Below are positions 48,737 through 58,278 of a DNA stretch of 64,000 nt, piece by piece. Position 1 is the first letter of the stretch, and every line of letters begins with the position of its first letter. The stretch is from NCBI GenBank assembly GCA_964511995.1, contig CAZEHT010000001.1, positions 33,919 to 97,918 on the forward strand. Reading direction: 5' to 3'. Origin of the DNA: an uncultured Mycobacterium sp. (GTDB taxonomy: Bacteria; Actinomycetota; Actinomycetes; Mycobacteriales; Mycobacteriaceae). The notes below the pieces were generated by a model. That model was not told the DNA's origin and ran no database searches. It saw only the letters and a list, made by a program, of their open reading frames with translations. The position numbers and the translations under genes were made by a program.

Positions 48737-50874
48737 TCGTTTTCCTCGTCGCGCTGAGGGATCGTCGTCGGCCGGCTAGATTCGTGTTCTGCGAGGGCCT
48801 TTCGGTGCTCGATCAGGCGGAACTGAATTCGTTGCCGCAGTGGTTCAGGGAGTGCGAGAGTCGCCAGGTCACGTTCGAGTGCTGTGACGTGCTGGCCAAG
48901 GTTGCCGGCGTCGCGGTCGGTGCGGGCGGCGTTGACGCAGCCCAAACGGCACCGACTCCAGAAGGGTTCAGCGGAGCTGTCGGCAGGTTCCAGGCAGGCT
49001 GCGGTGGCGCGCCGGAACACGCACGTCACGACCGCGCCGTGGTGGATCTGCAAGTCGGGGTTCGATAGTGCGTTGTCGATTTGCCTCTTGGTGGTCACCG
49101 TCAAACCCGCGAATGTGCTTGCCCTGGCAACGCGGGCCCGGTACTCATCGGCAGCCGGACCGGAGACGTGCTCGCCGCACTCCAGTCTTTGGGAATCGTC
49201 GTGGATGATCTCAGCACGGTGCAGAAACTGTTCGAAGGTGATGTCGTCGAGGAATCCTGCATCAGCTCCGCCGGCATAACCTTGGATCATTTGTGTGTGC
49301 AGGTGGCCGTATTGCGTTGCACCGGCGATCGTTCCACCGGGCCGCCGGACGATATGCCATGCCAGTGTGCGTCGCAATCGCGGCACCTGGATTGCGCCGT
49401 GCGGATCGGCGCCGATCAGCGGATGGCTGACTGCTGGAACGACCTCACGGTCGAACCATTCAATGAAGCTGGCGATGTCAGTGTTGATGGAGCCGGGTGT
49501 TCTCGTCCGGGTAGCGCCGAAGCGAAATTGGTCCTCGGAGAACAGCTTGAAACCCGGAAAGAGTAGATCGCTCACCGTGATCTGCTCAAGAACGCTGACG
49601 GCATGGGCGGTTTCGTCGGTCACGACCCACGGGATCGTGGCCGGCGATCGGTCCCTGCGCGGGCCTTCGGCCTTCAACTGGTGGCCGGACATCAGTGTCA
49701 ACGCCAACTTGGAGTCCCGGCTGATGCACCCGCGTCGCAGGTTGAGCGCCTCTCCGGTACGGACACCCGACAGGTAGGCGATCACGACGAAACAGGCCGT
49801 CGTAACGTGGCGCAGCAGTTCGACGAGTTCACTCGCATCGACAGGGAATGTGCGCCAGCAGTGCGTGCCGATGGCGCCGAATGTGCTGGCGCGCAACATG
49901 TCCACGTCGATCGGCAACCCATACTTGGCTAGCAGGACCGGGGTCTCTTTCATGCGTTTCAGTTCGGTGTGGTGCATCCACCCACCCACGGCCAACCCCA
50001 TCAGATCGACACTGGTCGTGTCGCCCGTCCGAATACCTGGCAGTGAGGCATCGTTGCGGCCCAGTGCAGCAAGCACGCATTCAAGTTGCTGCTTAGTTGT
50101 ATCGAACACCGACACCGTGCGAGTACGAGCCCGACGAATGTCCGGCGCGACCTGATGGGCTAGATACCGCATCGCGAGAAGGTTGCGCGCTGCGGGAAGG
50201 AGATCGGCGGCGACCGTGTGGGTGACCACCAACGCCGCCGAGAGCAGCGGCTCCATGACATCGGGATGAATGCGCGGGGTTGTGTTCGGCTTTCCCCAGG
50301 ATGACTCATAGTGGGCGAGCCCTCGTGCACTCGCACCGCCCCACAACGGACCCGCGGGGAGCCGGCAATGCGCGGGCAGGACATCCCGGTACAGGTGCAG
50401 ACGCTTGATGGCCTGCAGCGCCGAGCGTTTGGATTCGGCGCTGACACCGCTGGCCTCGGTGACGTGGTGCAGATAGTCGTCGAGGTGTCCGGCACTGACC
50501 CGATCGAACGATGTGACACCCCGCTCCAGCAGCCACGTCGTGAACCGGCGTAACGGCACCAGCTCACCCCAGATCGTCTTGATGTGCGGATAGAGCGATC
50601 GGGCACTGTCAAGGCGGGGTGCGTCGTCGACGATGTTGAGCAGGGCGAACAGGTAGAGCTTGCAGGCATGGCGAAATGGCATCGGGAACCCCTCCCAGTG
50701 CACGGCTTGTCCTGCACTGTGGCGGTCTTCGATCGCCGCGGACAGATCCCACACCGGGTCGCCGAATCGGCATCGGATCCCGTCGATGTGAAGCGTGCGG
50801 TTGACCACGACCTCTGTTGCGGGACCGACGTCGAGACCTGCCACGACGTCTGGCGCTTGAGCTGGGTGGGTCAT
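48733..50874 (-). CDS. Large tyrosine-recombinase-family protein with C-terminal Cys cluster (gene C, 713 aa)
   Basis: LSGVRTGEALNL, VPRLRRTLA, QYGH, QGY; CVFRRATAAC...RCRLGC; ATG at 50874 overlaps the gene B stop. Confidence 0.8.
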   Translation of the reverse strand: MTHPAQAPDVVAGLDVGPATEVVVNRTLHIDGIRCRFGDPVWDLSAAIEDRHSAGQAVHWEGFPMPFRHACKLYLFALLNIVDDAPRLDSARSLYPHIKTIWGELVPLRRFTTWLLERGVTSFDRVSAGHLDDYLHHVTEASGVSAESKRSALQAIKRLHLYRDVLPAHCRLPAGPLWGGASARGLAHYESSWGKPNTTPRIHPDVMEPLLSAALVVTHTVAADLLPAARNLLAMRYLAHQVAPDIRRARTRTVSVFDTTKQQLECVLAALGRNDASLPGIRTGDTTSVDLMGLAVGGWMHHTELKRMKETPVLLAKYGLPIDVDMLRASTFGAIGTHCWRTFPVDASELVELLRHVTTACFVVIAYLSGVRTGEALNLRRGCISRDSKLALTLMSGHQLKAEGPRRDRSPATIPWVVTDETAHAVSVLEQITVSDLLFPGFKLFSEDQFRFGATRTRTPGSINTDIASFIEWFDREVVPAVSHPLIGADPHGAIQVPRLRRTLAWHIVRRPGGTIAGATQYGHLHTQMIQGYAGGADAGFLDDITFEQFLHRAEIIHDDSQRLECGEHVSGPAADEYRARVARASTFAGLTVTTKRQIDNALSNPDLQIHHGAVVTCVFRRATAACLEPADSSAEPFWSRCRLGCVNAARTDRDAGNLGQHVTALERDLATLALPEPLRQRIQFRLIEHRKALAEHESSRPTTIPQRDEENE

Positions 50875-52655
50875 GATGCTTCGAGGTTTCCTGTCAGCAG
50901 AAGGTTGACCGTCTGGTGATCGCTGTCGGTGATCTCGGCGCGCGCGGCGCTCAGCTGGGCCTGTTCGTACTCGGCGAAGATGTCGTCCAGTTGCGCGAGG
51001 GGACCCGCGTGATCGGCGATCCACTGCCCGATGGGCATCTCTTGGCGTAGGCCGCGAAGCCGGTCGGCCACGACCAGTTGAATCGGTAGGTGGCGCGGGT
51101 AGGCGCGGGCGTTGCTGCAGTCCAGGCATGCCATGAACGATTGGCGGCACTGTTGACCGTCGATCGGCGAGTGCTCGAAATCGGCGCACGTACCCAGCAC
51201 GGCGTCCTGGCCGGATCCAGTGTCGTCGGTTTCCGGTTGTACCGTGATCGACCGTCGAGCCAGTGCGCGCGCGACCTGCTCGTCGAGAGCTTCGGCGACG
51301 ATCTGGAAGCCCTCGTTCCTGACAGGGTCCATGCGACTCAGGTAGCGAGCCAACGTCGCCGGGGTGTGGGACGCGGGTTTTCGTACCTGCTCCAGGTAGG
51401 TCTTGCGCAGCCGATCCATGCTGATCCCCAGGAGCAAGCCGTCATGGTCGGCATCACCGGTCAACCATGGCGCCAACCATCGCCGTCGCGTATTCACTCC
51501 GGAGGCTGTGCTACTTATCCCGTATCCGAAGAGTTTCTGTTCCACGTAGTCGGGCTGGGCGCTGTAGTAGATGAAAGCGCGCTGGGTCCCGGTCAGCGCG
51601 CGGGCCGGTGCGGTCAGTTCCAGCAGCAACATGAAGACTCCGTACGCGGTCGTCAGTGACGCGTTGGCCACTGCCGCACGCCGATTCTGCCCACCAAGCG
51701 GCCGCAGTTCGGGGCGCAGCGCGGTCACCGGCACCGTCATGACCGACCGTTTCCCACGACGGGGCTTGTTGGCGTTGACGAACACGATGCCGGGTTCATC
51801 GGGGCTGCTGGCGTGTCGGTGCGGCGCGGGCAGCGAGTCCAGCGTCGACAGATTCAGGCCGGTCAGTCCAGCGAGGAGAACACCAAATGCCCATGCCTCG
51901 GCCGGGCTGAGATGCAGCAACGACTGAAGATGGCATCCACCGGCCGCCGCGGCTACCCGCCGCGTCACGTAAGCCCGTGCACCCGAAGCAGTACGAGGGA
52001 AATCTCCCTCGCGGGCGCAGTGATCGAGCACTTCGGCCAGACTACGATGGGAGTCTGCGCGGGGGAGGTGATCGAACTGTCCCGCGCGATAGTCGTCGAC
52101 CATCTGCCAATGAGTCCGCAATCGGGTACGTGCGCGCCGCACCATTCCCCGTGCCACGACGGTGATGCGGCGAAGCTCCTCGGTGGTATAGGGCTGGCGT
52201 GCGGTGTTCGTCTTCGGGTGACGCACGCGCGTGAACGCCTGGCGTGCCTCATCGGAGGTGACAGGACTACAACGCAGCAGCGTCTTCAGGCTATGCAACG
52301 GGCCAGGACCGCTGGGTACCCGACACGATAAGGCGAGGAGCCGGGCATCCGCGGCGGACAAATCTGCCAGTCCCTGCATTCCTGGCCGGTTTTCGGCGAG
52401 CCAGCAGCACGCGTGCCGGGCAGACTGCCACAGCGCGCCAGCACCCCTCAACCGCTTGGATACGCCCAGCACACCGGTGGCGTCCTCGAAGGCGATCGCG
52501 AAATCGCGGCGGATTCCGTCTTTGCCCGGCAGGGATCCGAAGTCGAAGTCCTTCGACTGAGTGCCATCCTCGCTGACGAACGTCACGATCAGCCCGCGTC
52601 GCCGCAATACCGGTCGCCATGCCGGATCCGGCTGCGCCGCCCGGTGACCCGTCAC
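50871..52655 (-). CDS. Degenerate tyrosine-recombinase-fold protein with Cys cluster (gene B, 594 aa)
   Basis: LTGLNLSTL at the box I position (Asn for Arg), NKPRRG, MDRLRKT, SHT, RYL; CADFEHSPIDGQQCRQSFMACLDC. Confidence 0.68.
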   Translation of the reverse strand: MTGHRAAQPDPAWRPVLRRRGLIVTFVSEDGTQSKDFDFGSLPGKDGIRRDFAIAFEDATGVLGVSKRLRGAGALWQSARHACCWLAENRPGMQGLADLSAADARLLALSCRVPSGPGPLHSLKTLLRCSPVTSDEARQAFTRVRHPKTNTARQPYTTEELRRITVVARGMVRRARTRLRTHWQMVDDYRAGQFDHLPRADSHRSLAEVLDHCAREGDFPRTASGARAYVTRRVAAAAGGCHLQSLLHLSPAEAWAFGVLLAGLTGLNLSTLDSLPAPHRHASSPDEPGIVFVNANKPRRGKRSVMTVPVTALRPELRPLGGQNRRAAVANASLTTAYGVFMLLLELTAPARALTGTQRAFIYYSAQPDYVEQKLFGYGISSTASGVNTRRRWLAPWLTGDADHDGLLLGISMDRLRKTYLEQVRKPASHTPATLARYLSRMDPVRNEGFQIVAEALDEQVARALARRSITVQPETDDTGSGQDAVLGTCADFEHSPIDGQQCRQSFMACLDCSNARAYPRHLPIQLVVADRLRGLRQEMPIGQWIADHAGPLAQLDDIFAEYEQAQLSAARAEITDSDHQTVNLLLTGNLEAS

Positions 52656-54160
52656 ATTGGGACTGTCAACACACGAGGTTCACCAACGCCGACTGTTGCG
52701 ACAAGCCGCTCAAGGGATTGTCGATCGTCGGCATCCATCAACGCGATGAGCTCCTCCACTTGCAATGCCTGAAACGGCTCGAGATAGACGCTGCGTGTCA
52801 CCTCGGCACTTCGGTGTCCGAGAAGTGTCGCCAGCAGAAACCAGACATCGCCAAGCTGATTACGGAAGTCGCGCTGCTCCTGCTTGGTCAACATGTCGGT
52901 ACGGCGCCACGCCACGAACGTGGCGATGCAAAACCACCGCAGCGCAAAGGAATGCCTCAGCATGTGGGGACGGCACCACAACGGAGTTCCCCCTGATGGT
53001 GCAAGCGCTTTCGCGACCCTAGAGTTCGCGCGGTCGAATGTCTTGTACCAGGAATGTTTGGGGCGAGGTGTCCCGTCGTGATTGAGCCACAGCCACATCG
53101 GTTCCAGGCCATCACGTCCCCGGCGGAACAACGTCATTCGTGTGGACGGCCCGAGCGCTTCCAGCCGAACAGTACGACGCGATCCCGTCGCATCAATGAC
53201 CTCCAGCTGCCCATCCTTGCGGACGTGTTCAACGACCCAGCGATCGGCTAACTGCTCATAGCGACCGGCACGTTGCGCACGGGCGATGGCAGCAGTGCGA
53301 CTACCTTCCTGCAGATAAAAGTGGACTTGTTGGGCGACGCGGCGCCGCATCCAGAACGCTCGACCGCTACCGCCCTTCGCGCAATGAGACGCCACGCGCG
53401 AACGCACGAGCCCCTCAGAGCCCGACTCGGGCACCTCGATGGTCAACATGCTGGCCCACTCGCCGATTCGTAAACCCGTCCCGAACAACCCCTCCACGAA
53501 CGCGACGTCGCGATCCTCAGTAGCTCCCCGCCAATCGTCGCGCGGCACGCCCTCCCTCGTGAAACCGCGCAACCCCAGGTTCCGCCACAACCGAAATGCT
53601 TGCGGGGTAAGCCACTTCACGTCGGCCCTGCGCATTCCCGACGGTGTGCTCTCCAACACGATTTGACCCCCGCCCATCCAAGACGTGGCAATCGCACGGG
53701 CCCGGACGGGGTTGTCGATTCCGTGCTGCTCGGCCGCCCACGAGTAGAAACCGCGGATTGCCGCGCGATCGACACAGAAACTAGTTGGACTCACGTGCTG
53801 AGGATTCTCCTCAGCCGACAAACGCCATTCCTTAAACGCAGCCAGTTCCGATCGCGATGCCTGATCCCATCGAACGCCCATCGCGTGCAGAAAATCCAGC
53901 CACACCTTCAACGACAAAGCGTAACGACGCAACGTCCCCGTTGCTCGTCCCCGCACCAGCGGATCTCGCCAGTAGGCATTCACCAACACATCCGCCCGGC
54001 CCCACGGATCAAGGAAGAACGGAGTGCCATCACGCGCACCGTTTCGCTTCGCCCAGGTCTTGACATCACCCAACCCTGGAACCAGGTCGTCCACCGATAC
54101 GAACCGCTGCTGGAAGTCGTAGAAATGAAGAGTCCAACCATCAGCCGAAGCATCCGCCAT
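52652..54160 (-). CDS. Tyrosine recombinase/integrase with complete active site (gene A, 502 aa)
   Basis: GTGLRIGE, AKGG, PHMLRHSFA, LLGH, SVYL (R-K-H-R-H-Y); N-terminal core-binding-like helices TLRRYALSLKVWLDFL; RBS AGGAGG. Confidence 0.9.
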   Translation of the reverse strand: MADASADGWTLHFYDFQQRFVSVDDLVPGLGDVKTWAKRNGARDGTPFFLDPWGRADVLVNAYWRDPLVRGRATGTLRRYALSLKVWLDFLHAMGVRWDQASRSELAAFKEWRLSAEENPQHVSPTSFCVDRAAIRGFYSWAAEQHGIDNPVRARAIATSWMGGGQIVLESTPSGMRRADVKWLTPQAFRLWRNLGLRGFTREGVPRDDWRGATEDRDVAFVEGLFGTGLRIGEWASMLTIEVPESGSEGLVRSRVASHCAKGGSGRAFWMRRRVAQQVHFYLQEGSRTAAIARAQRAGRYEQLADRWVVEHVRKDGQLEVIDATGSRRTVRLEALGPSTRMTLFRRGRDGLEPMWLWLNHDGTPRPKHSWYKTFDRANSRVAKALAPSGGTPLWCRPHMLRHSFALRWFCIATFVAWRRTDMLTKQEQRDFRNQLGDVWFLLATLLGHRSAEVTRSVYLEPFQALQVEELIALMDADDRQSLERLVATVGVGEPRVLTVPM

Positions 54161-54249
54161 TCCCGGCCCCCTCCTACGTCACGACCATTGCCCCATCATC
54201 ACCGACGCACTTCCCCAAACGTCTTCGACACGCCTGTCGGGCAGAGAAC

Positions 54250-54998
54250 CGGCGACTGGATGTTTGCCGGGCAGATCACCACTGCTTCCGGCCGTATCGC
54301 GCCCGCGAGCCCGGCACCCAGGGTGGCCTTGTGTGCCGTGAGGGTGAAAGTTGCCGTCGTGGGGGCACCCGGATCCGTATTGTTGCCGCACTCGACCACA
54401 GCCGAAGCGCCGGGGACCGAATCGACCGGCTCGCAGACGCCCGGCGCGTAGCCGGCAGGAAGCAGACGCAACAATCGTGCTTCGGCTTCGGTGTCGCGGC
54501 GCGAGGCCGGGGTGGCGGTTGAGCTGTGTGGTTGTCACCGGTGTTGTGACCGATGGCGGCATCGCCTCGTTCGCCTCGGTGCCGGGTGACGGTCGATTCG
54601 TAAGCCAGAAAGCCAGTCCGCCGGCCGCTCCGAAAATGACCAGGGCACCCGCACCGAGCATGGCGCGTCGCGCACGGGCTCGGCTGGCCGCGCGGGACCG
54701 GGATCCCGGAAACTCGAAGGGTTCCGGAGCGAGGGGAAACTCGAGGTCGCCCATCAGCGGCGACGACGGCACCGGTGATGCGAAACATCTCGACGAGGCT
54801 CATCCGCCGAGGTACCTGGATCAGCGCCGGCCGGGGTGGCACTCCTTGCAGGACTCCAGCCGGAACCCCACCCGAAGGAGGCGAGGGTGGGCAGCGGCTC
54901 GGATCGTCGGTGTCGGTCCTGGATTCCACCTCATCGGCGGTCGGAGCCGACCGCGGCTGCCCAGCTGGTGGCGGATCTGGCGGCATAGGCCCGATCAC
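54250..54998 (-). pseudogene. Pro-rich single-pass membrane protein with Ser/Thr-kinase-type extracytoplasmic domain, frameshifted and truncated
   Basis: Pieces lie in three frames: Pro-rich N-terminus; TM GAGALVIFGAAGGLAFWL; LLRLLPAGYAPGVCEPV...VECGNNTDPGAP...VVICPANIQSP, cut off at ~54249. Confidence 0.6.
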
Positions 54999-55206
54999 TG
55001 GCGCGCCCTCACGTAGCTGGCAATCACTGCGACCCCGGATCCCCTCTGATCCAGGCTGCCGAACCCACTTTCAGTCGAGGGCAGTGGGCGCAGCCGCCGA
55101 AAAAGCCGGTACCAGAGCTCGGCGCGCATCCGTCGAACGTCAGGGCCGGCTATTTCCCGGCCCAACTGTCGGCCAGGCACCAGCAGCACCGGGACAAGGT
55201 CGGAAT

Positions 55207-56190
55207 TCAGGCGCTCGCAAGCATCGGGCCTTCGACCTCCAAGACGGTCGACAGCCATCCCAACGTGCGCCGGATACCTTCCTGGACATCGACGCAGGGG
55301 CGCCAACCGAGTTCATCGCGGGCTTTCGCCCAGTTCAGTGTGAGCGCGCGTGAGTCGTCGATTTCGAAGTCGTCGGGACCCGATGCCGGTGTCCCGTCCA
55401 GTGCGGCGCACATGAGCCGGTAGACCTCCGACGAGGTGGTAAGGCGGCCGGTACCGATGTTGTACGTACCGGTCAGGTGGCCCGGCGCACCACCAGCGAG
55501 AACAAAGGCGTCGACCACATCATCGACGAATACGAAGTCATGACCGCCGACCGCGTCGCGATGAATCACGAAAGGGCTTCCGGTGATCAGCGCGCTGCCC
55601 AGAACCGAGACGATGCCCGACTCACCGTGGCGGCCCTGGCGTGGCCCGTATACGTTGCCCAAAGCCAGGCAGATCGGCGAGATCCCGTACTGCTCAGCAT
55701 ATGCGCGAAGGTACATCTCTCCGGCAAGCTTTGCGACGGCGTGCGGTGATCGAGGGTCGAGCGCACCGGTTTCGTCGACGAAGCGGGGTTGCCGTCCGTA
55801 CCGCGAGTTCCCCGAGGCGGCGTAGACAATCCGCCGTACGCCGGCCCGCCGGCTGGCCTCACAGAGGTTGATCGTTCCCAGGACGTTTGTGCGCGCGTCG
55901 AGTTGGGGATCGGCGAAGGCATGACCGTGGTCGTCGCGGGCGGCGAGATGAAAGATCACCTGTGGGTTGGAGCCCTCGACGATATCGCCGAGTTCGGGCG
56001 CTTGGATATCGAGGCGCACAAGGGTGAACCTGCCCGCATGGTGCTCACCGAAGCTCTGTGCTCCGGCAAGGTTCTCCTCGGGGCCGCCGCGCAGGTTATC
56101 GACGCCAACCACCTGATGGCCGTCGGCGAGCAAACGGTCAACGAGGTTGGATCCGATGAATCCGGCGGCACCGGTGACCAGCGCCCGCAT
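55207..56190 (-). CDS. NAD-dependent epimerase/dehydratase (GalE1-like), atypical active site
   Basis: TGAAGFIGS, TNVLGTINL, NVYGPRQ, DFVFVDDV, YNIGTG; the YxxxK motif reads SPHAVAK. Confidence 0.85.
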   Translation of the reverse strand: MRALVTGAAGFIGSNLVDRLLADGHQVVGVDNLRGGPEENLAGAQSFGEHHAGRFTLVRLDIQAPELGDIVEGSNPQVIFHLAARDDHGHAFADPQLDARTNVLGTINLCEASRRAGVRRIVYAASGNSRYGRQPRFVDETGALDPRSPHAVAKLAGEMYLRAYAEQYGISPICLALGNVYGPRQGRHGESGIVSVLGSALITGSPFVIHRDAVGGHDFVFVDDVVDAFVLAGGAPGHLTGTYNIGTGRLTTSSEVYRLMCAALDGTPASGPDDFEIDDSRALTLNWAKARDELGWRPCVDVQEGIRRTLGWLSTVLEVEGPMLASA

Positions 56191-56221
56191 GTCAATGACC
56201 CTCTTGTCTCATCGGTGTGCC

Positions 56222-56269
56222 AGCGGAGGCGAGCTCAATTGCGTCGCCTCCGCCAGCCATCCAACCGGG
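56222..56269. repeat. Palindromic repeat, copy 1
   Basis: AGCGGAGGCGAGCtcaaTTGCGTCGCCTCCGC...CATCCAACCGGG; near-identical to 61212-61270. Confidence 0.7.
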
Positions 56270-56819
56270 CATCGAGCGGGGATGGTCAAGCTCCGATTGG
56301 CGTGGCACACCGCCCCCTTCCCCCGCGAGACGGTCTGAGCGAATCACGAATCGCAAACTCATTGAGGTTAGCTCACGAGATTCACCAAGGCGTCCGCCTC
56401 GCTATCACTTTGCGAAAAGTACCATCGTCTGACGAGTGTCGCAAGACCGATCCGAGGAAACATTCTTGTTACTTGACAGCGCGATTGTAGATCCGCTAAC
56501 GATTTGCCGCAGAGACCCGATAAATCCCTATTTTGCTGCGTGTATGCCTCGATACGCGAATGTGTCAGGCTCGCCAGCGCCACCCGATACCAGCGGGCTT
56601 TCCCTCTTTTGGCAACGCGATTCTGCTTTCGCACGGTTCACCTCCACCCCTTACCACTCAACTACTACCGGGCGCGGAGGACCCGGGTGCGACGGTCCAT
56701 GATTCGACGCTGTCTCATATGACAGCTAATATCTCGACAAGGGCCGAACTCGCGCAACGCAGCAGAGCAAGCGAGCGCCGGCGCATGAGATGTGACCCGC
56801 GACAGAACCGGACTGACTA

Positions 56820-57455
56820 ATGCCGATACCGTATGCAGGCGTGACCGACCCTGGGCCGGCGCCTGCGAAGCCGCAGGGCACCCGCCGCCCCGTGTTTGGC
56901 GCTGGTTCGTCCGGCAAACGCCGACCGTGGCGCAGCGGGTTAATAGCATGCCTGCTGCCAGTCCTGGTGGCGGTGAGCGGATATCCCGCGTACATGCGGC
57001 CTCAGGTTGATCCGTTGCGTCATGCCGACGCGATACTTGTGCTCGGCGGTTTCGGAAAAGAGCGCTACCTGTACGGTTTGGACCTCGCCAAACAGGGTTG
57101 GGCACCCAACCTTGTGGTGTCCAACCCGCAAGGGGCCGCCAATGTCTGGGAGCGAAACTTCTGCACCAAGCCACCGGCCCGAGTAGTCGTGCATTGCTTT
57201 GTCCCCGATCCACAGACCACCAAAGGGGAAGGACGGGAACTGCGACGGTTGGCATCACAGCACGGATGGCACACGGTAATTGTGGTCACCTTCCGACCAC
57301 ACGTCTCACGGGCTCGGTTCATCCTAGGGCGTTGCTTCGATGGGGATCTTGTCATGCAGGCCAGCCCCGATCACGTCTCCCCGGCAAGATGGGTGTACGA
57401 GTACGGGTACCAGACCGCCGGTTATGCCCGCGCCGTATCGCAGCCCGGGTGCTAA
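56820..57455 (+). CDS. YdcF/DUF218 family protein
   Basis: N-terminal TM, ADAILVLGG, TTKGE, VIVVTFRPHVSRARF. Confidence 0.8.
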   Translation: MPIPYAGVTDPGPAPAKPQGTRRPVFGAGSSGKRRPWRSGLIACLLPVLVAVSGYPAYMRPQVDPLRHADAILVLGGFGKERYLYGLDLAKQGWAPNLVVSNPQGAANVWERNFCTKPPARVVVHCFVPDPQTTKGEGRELRRLASQHGWHTVIVVTFRPHVSRARFILGRCFDGDLVMQASPDHVSPARWVYEYGYQTAGYARAVSQPGC

Positions 57456-57771
57456 GCAAATGCGCCATGGGAGGCGCGTGCCCAAATTTGGGATGGCCAG
57501 ATCCGATGAGCCTTGCCGGTCACCCATTGCGGGAACTGGTGTGCTCTGCTCGTACACCACCTTGGTGGGCGCAACGCGGCTCGGCCGCTGGTTCATACAG
57601 TTAGATGCCTTCAAGGCCGCAGCTTCCACCGCGGCCAACACCAACGAGATCAACCCGCACTGACAACGATCACACCCACCGGCACCCTCAACGACGATTC
57701 ACAACACGTCGTCGTCATCGGCAGAGACGGTCAACCGGGTCCGTTCGGCGTCGACGTCGGGTGGGCCCGGC

Positions 57772-58242
57772 GGCAACGTGTACTCGATCCGCGACGGACG
57801 CAGCGTCGGGTATGCGGCGACGACGATCAATGGCCGGCTGGCGGCGATTTCGGGTTCCTCTCGTATCGGCAGATGCGGGATGGATCGGCGGCCAATCCGG
57901 TGCCGAACGGCGGCCTGGCGCGGCAGCGCCGCCGGTGAGCATAGTGGTCTGCTGACTCACCCGCGAAAGCCCAAGCAGCGCTCGCGGTTACGGTACGGAA
58001 GCCGCGGCGGCGGCTGCGCGGTCGGGACCGCAAGGAGACGACGGCGCTGTTGGGAGCCTGCGCACCGAGCGGGATCGGGCGATCGTGGATGCTGTTTTCC
58101 GGGCTGCGTTCGGCGGAGGTGCTCGGTCTGGGGTAGGCCGAGGTGCCAGCCGGGCATCCGCATGCGCTGCGGCACACTTTCGGTACCGCGCTGGCCCGAG
58201 GCCGGTGTGGACCTGGCGGTGCTGCGGGCGCTACTGGGTCAC
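57772..58242 (+). pseudogene. Heavily degraded tyrosine recombinase (RIT-like) remnant
   Basis: Motifs in shifting frames: GNVYSIRDGRSVGYAATTINGRLAAISG; RTERDRAI; MLFSGLRSAEVLGL; GHPHALRHTFGTALA; AGVDLAVLRALLGH. Confidence 0.72.
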
Positions 58243-58278
58243 GAATCCGGTCGTGCCGTGTTCGCTGAGGGCGGAAAG

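Larger units (their letters stand above)
48329..54249 (-). mobile_element. Four-gene tyrosine-recombinase element
   Basis: Genes A-B-C-D are all coupled by 4-bp (A/G)TGA overlaps; the upstream end coincides with truncation of a host gene at ~54249. Confidence 0.75.

Noticed and set aside
48733-51189. ORF-track start at 51189 for gene C (818 aa)
   Set aside because: The first 105 codons overlap gene B in another frame; ATG 50874 gives the coupled ATGA junction
52659-52668. GGGACTGTCA, the reverse complement of the IS256 end at 48319-48328
   Set aside because: Lies within gene A codons (L-T-V-P) and faces outward, so it cannot be the partner terminal inverted repeat
57480-57770. Palindrome CCCAAATTTGGG and short ORFs ending ...TNEINPH* that might be a transposase tail
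   Set aside because: No diagnostic motif; the family cannot be assigned without a search
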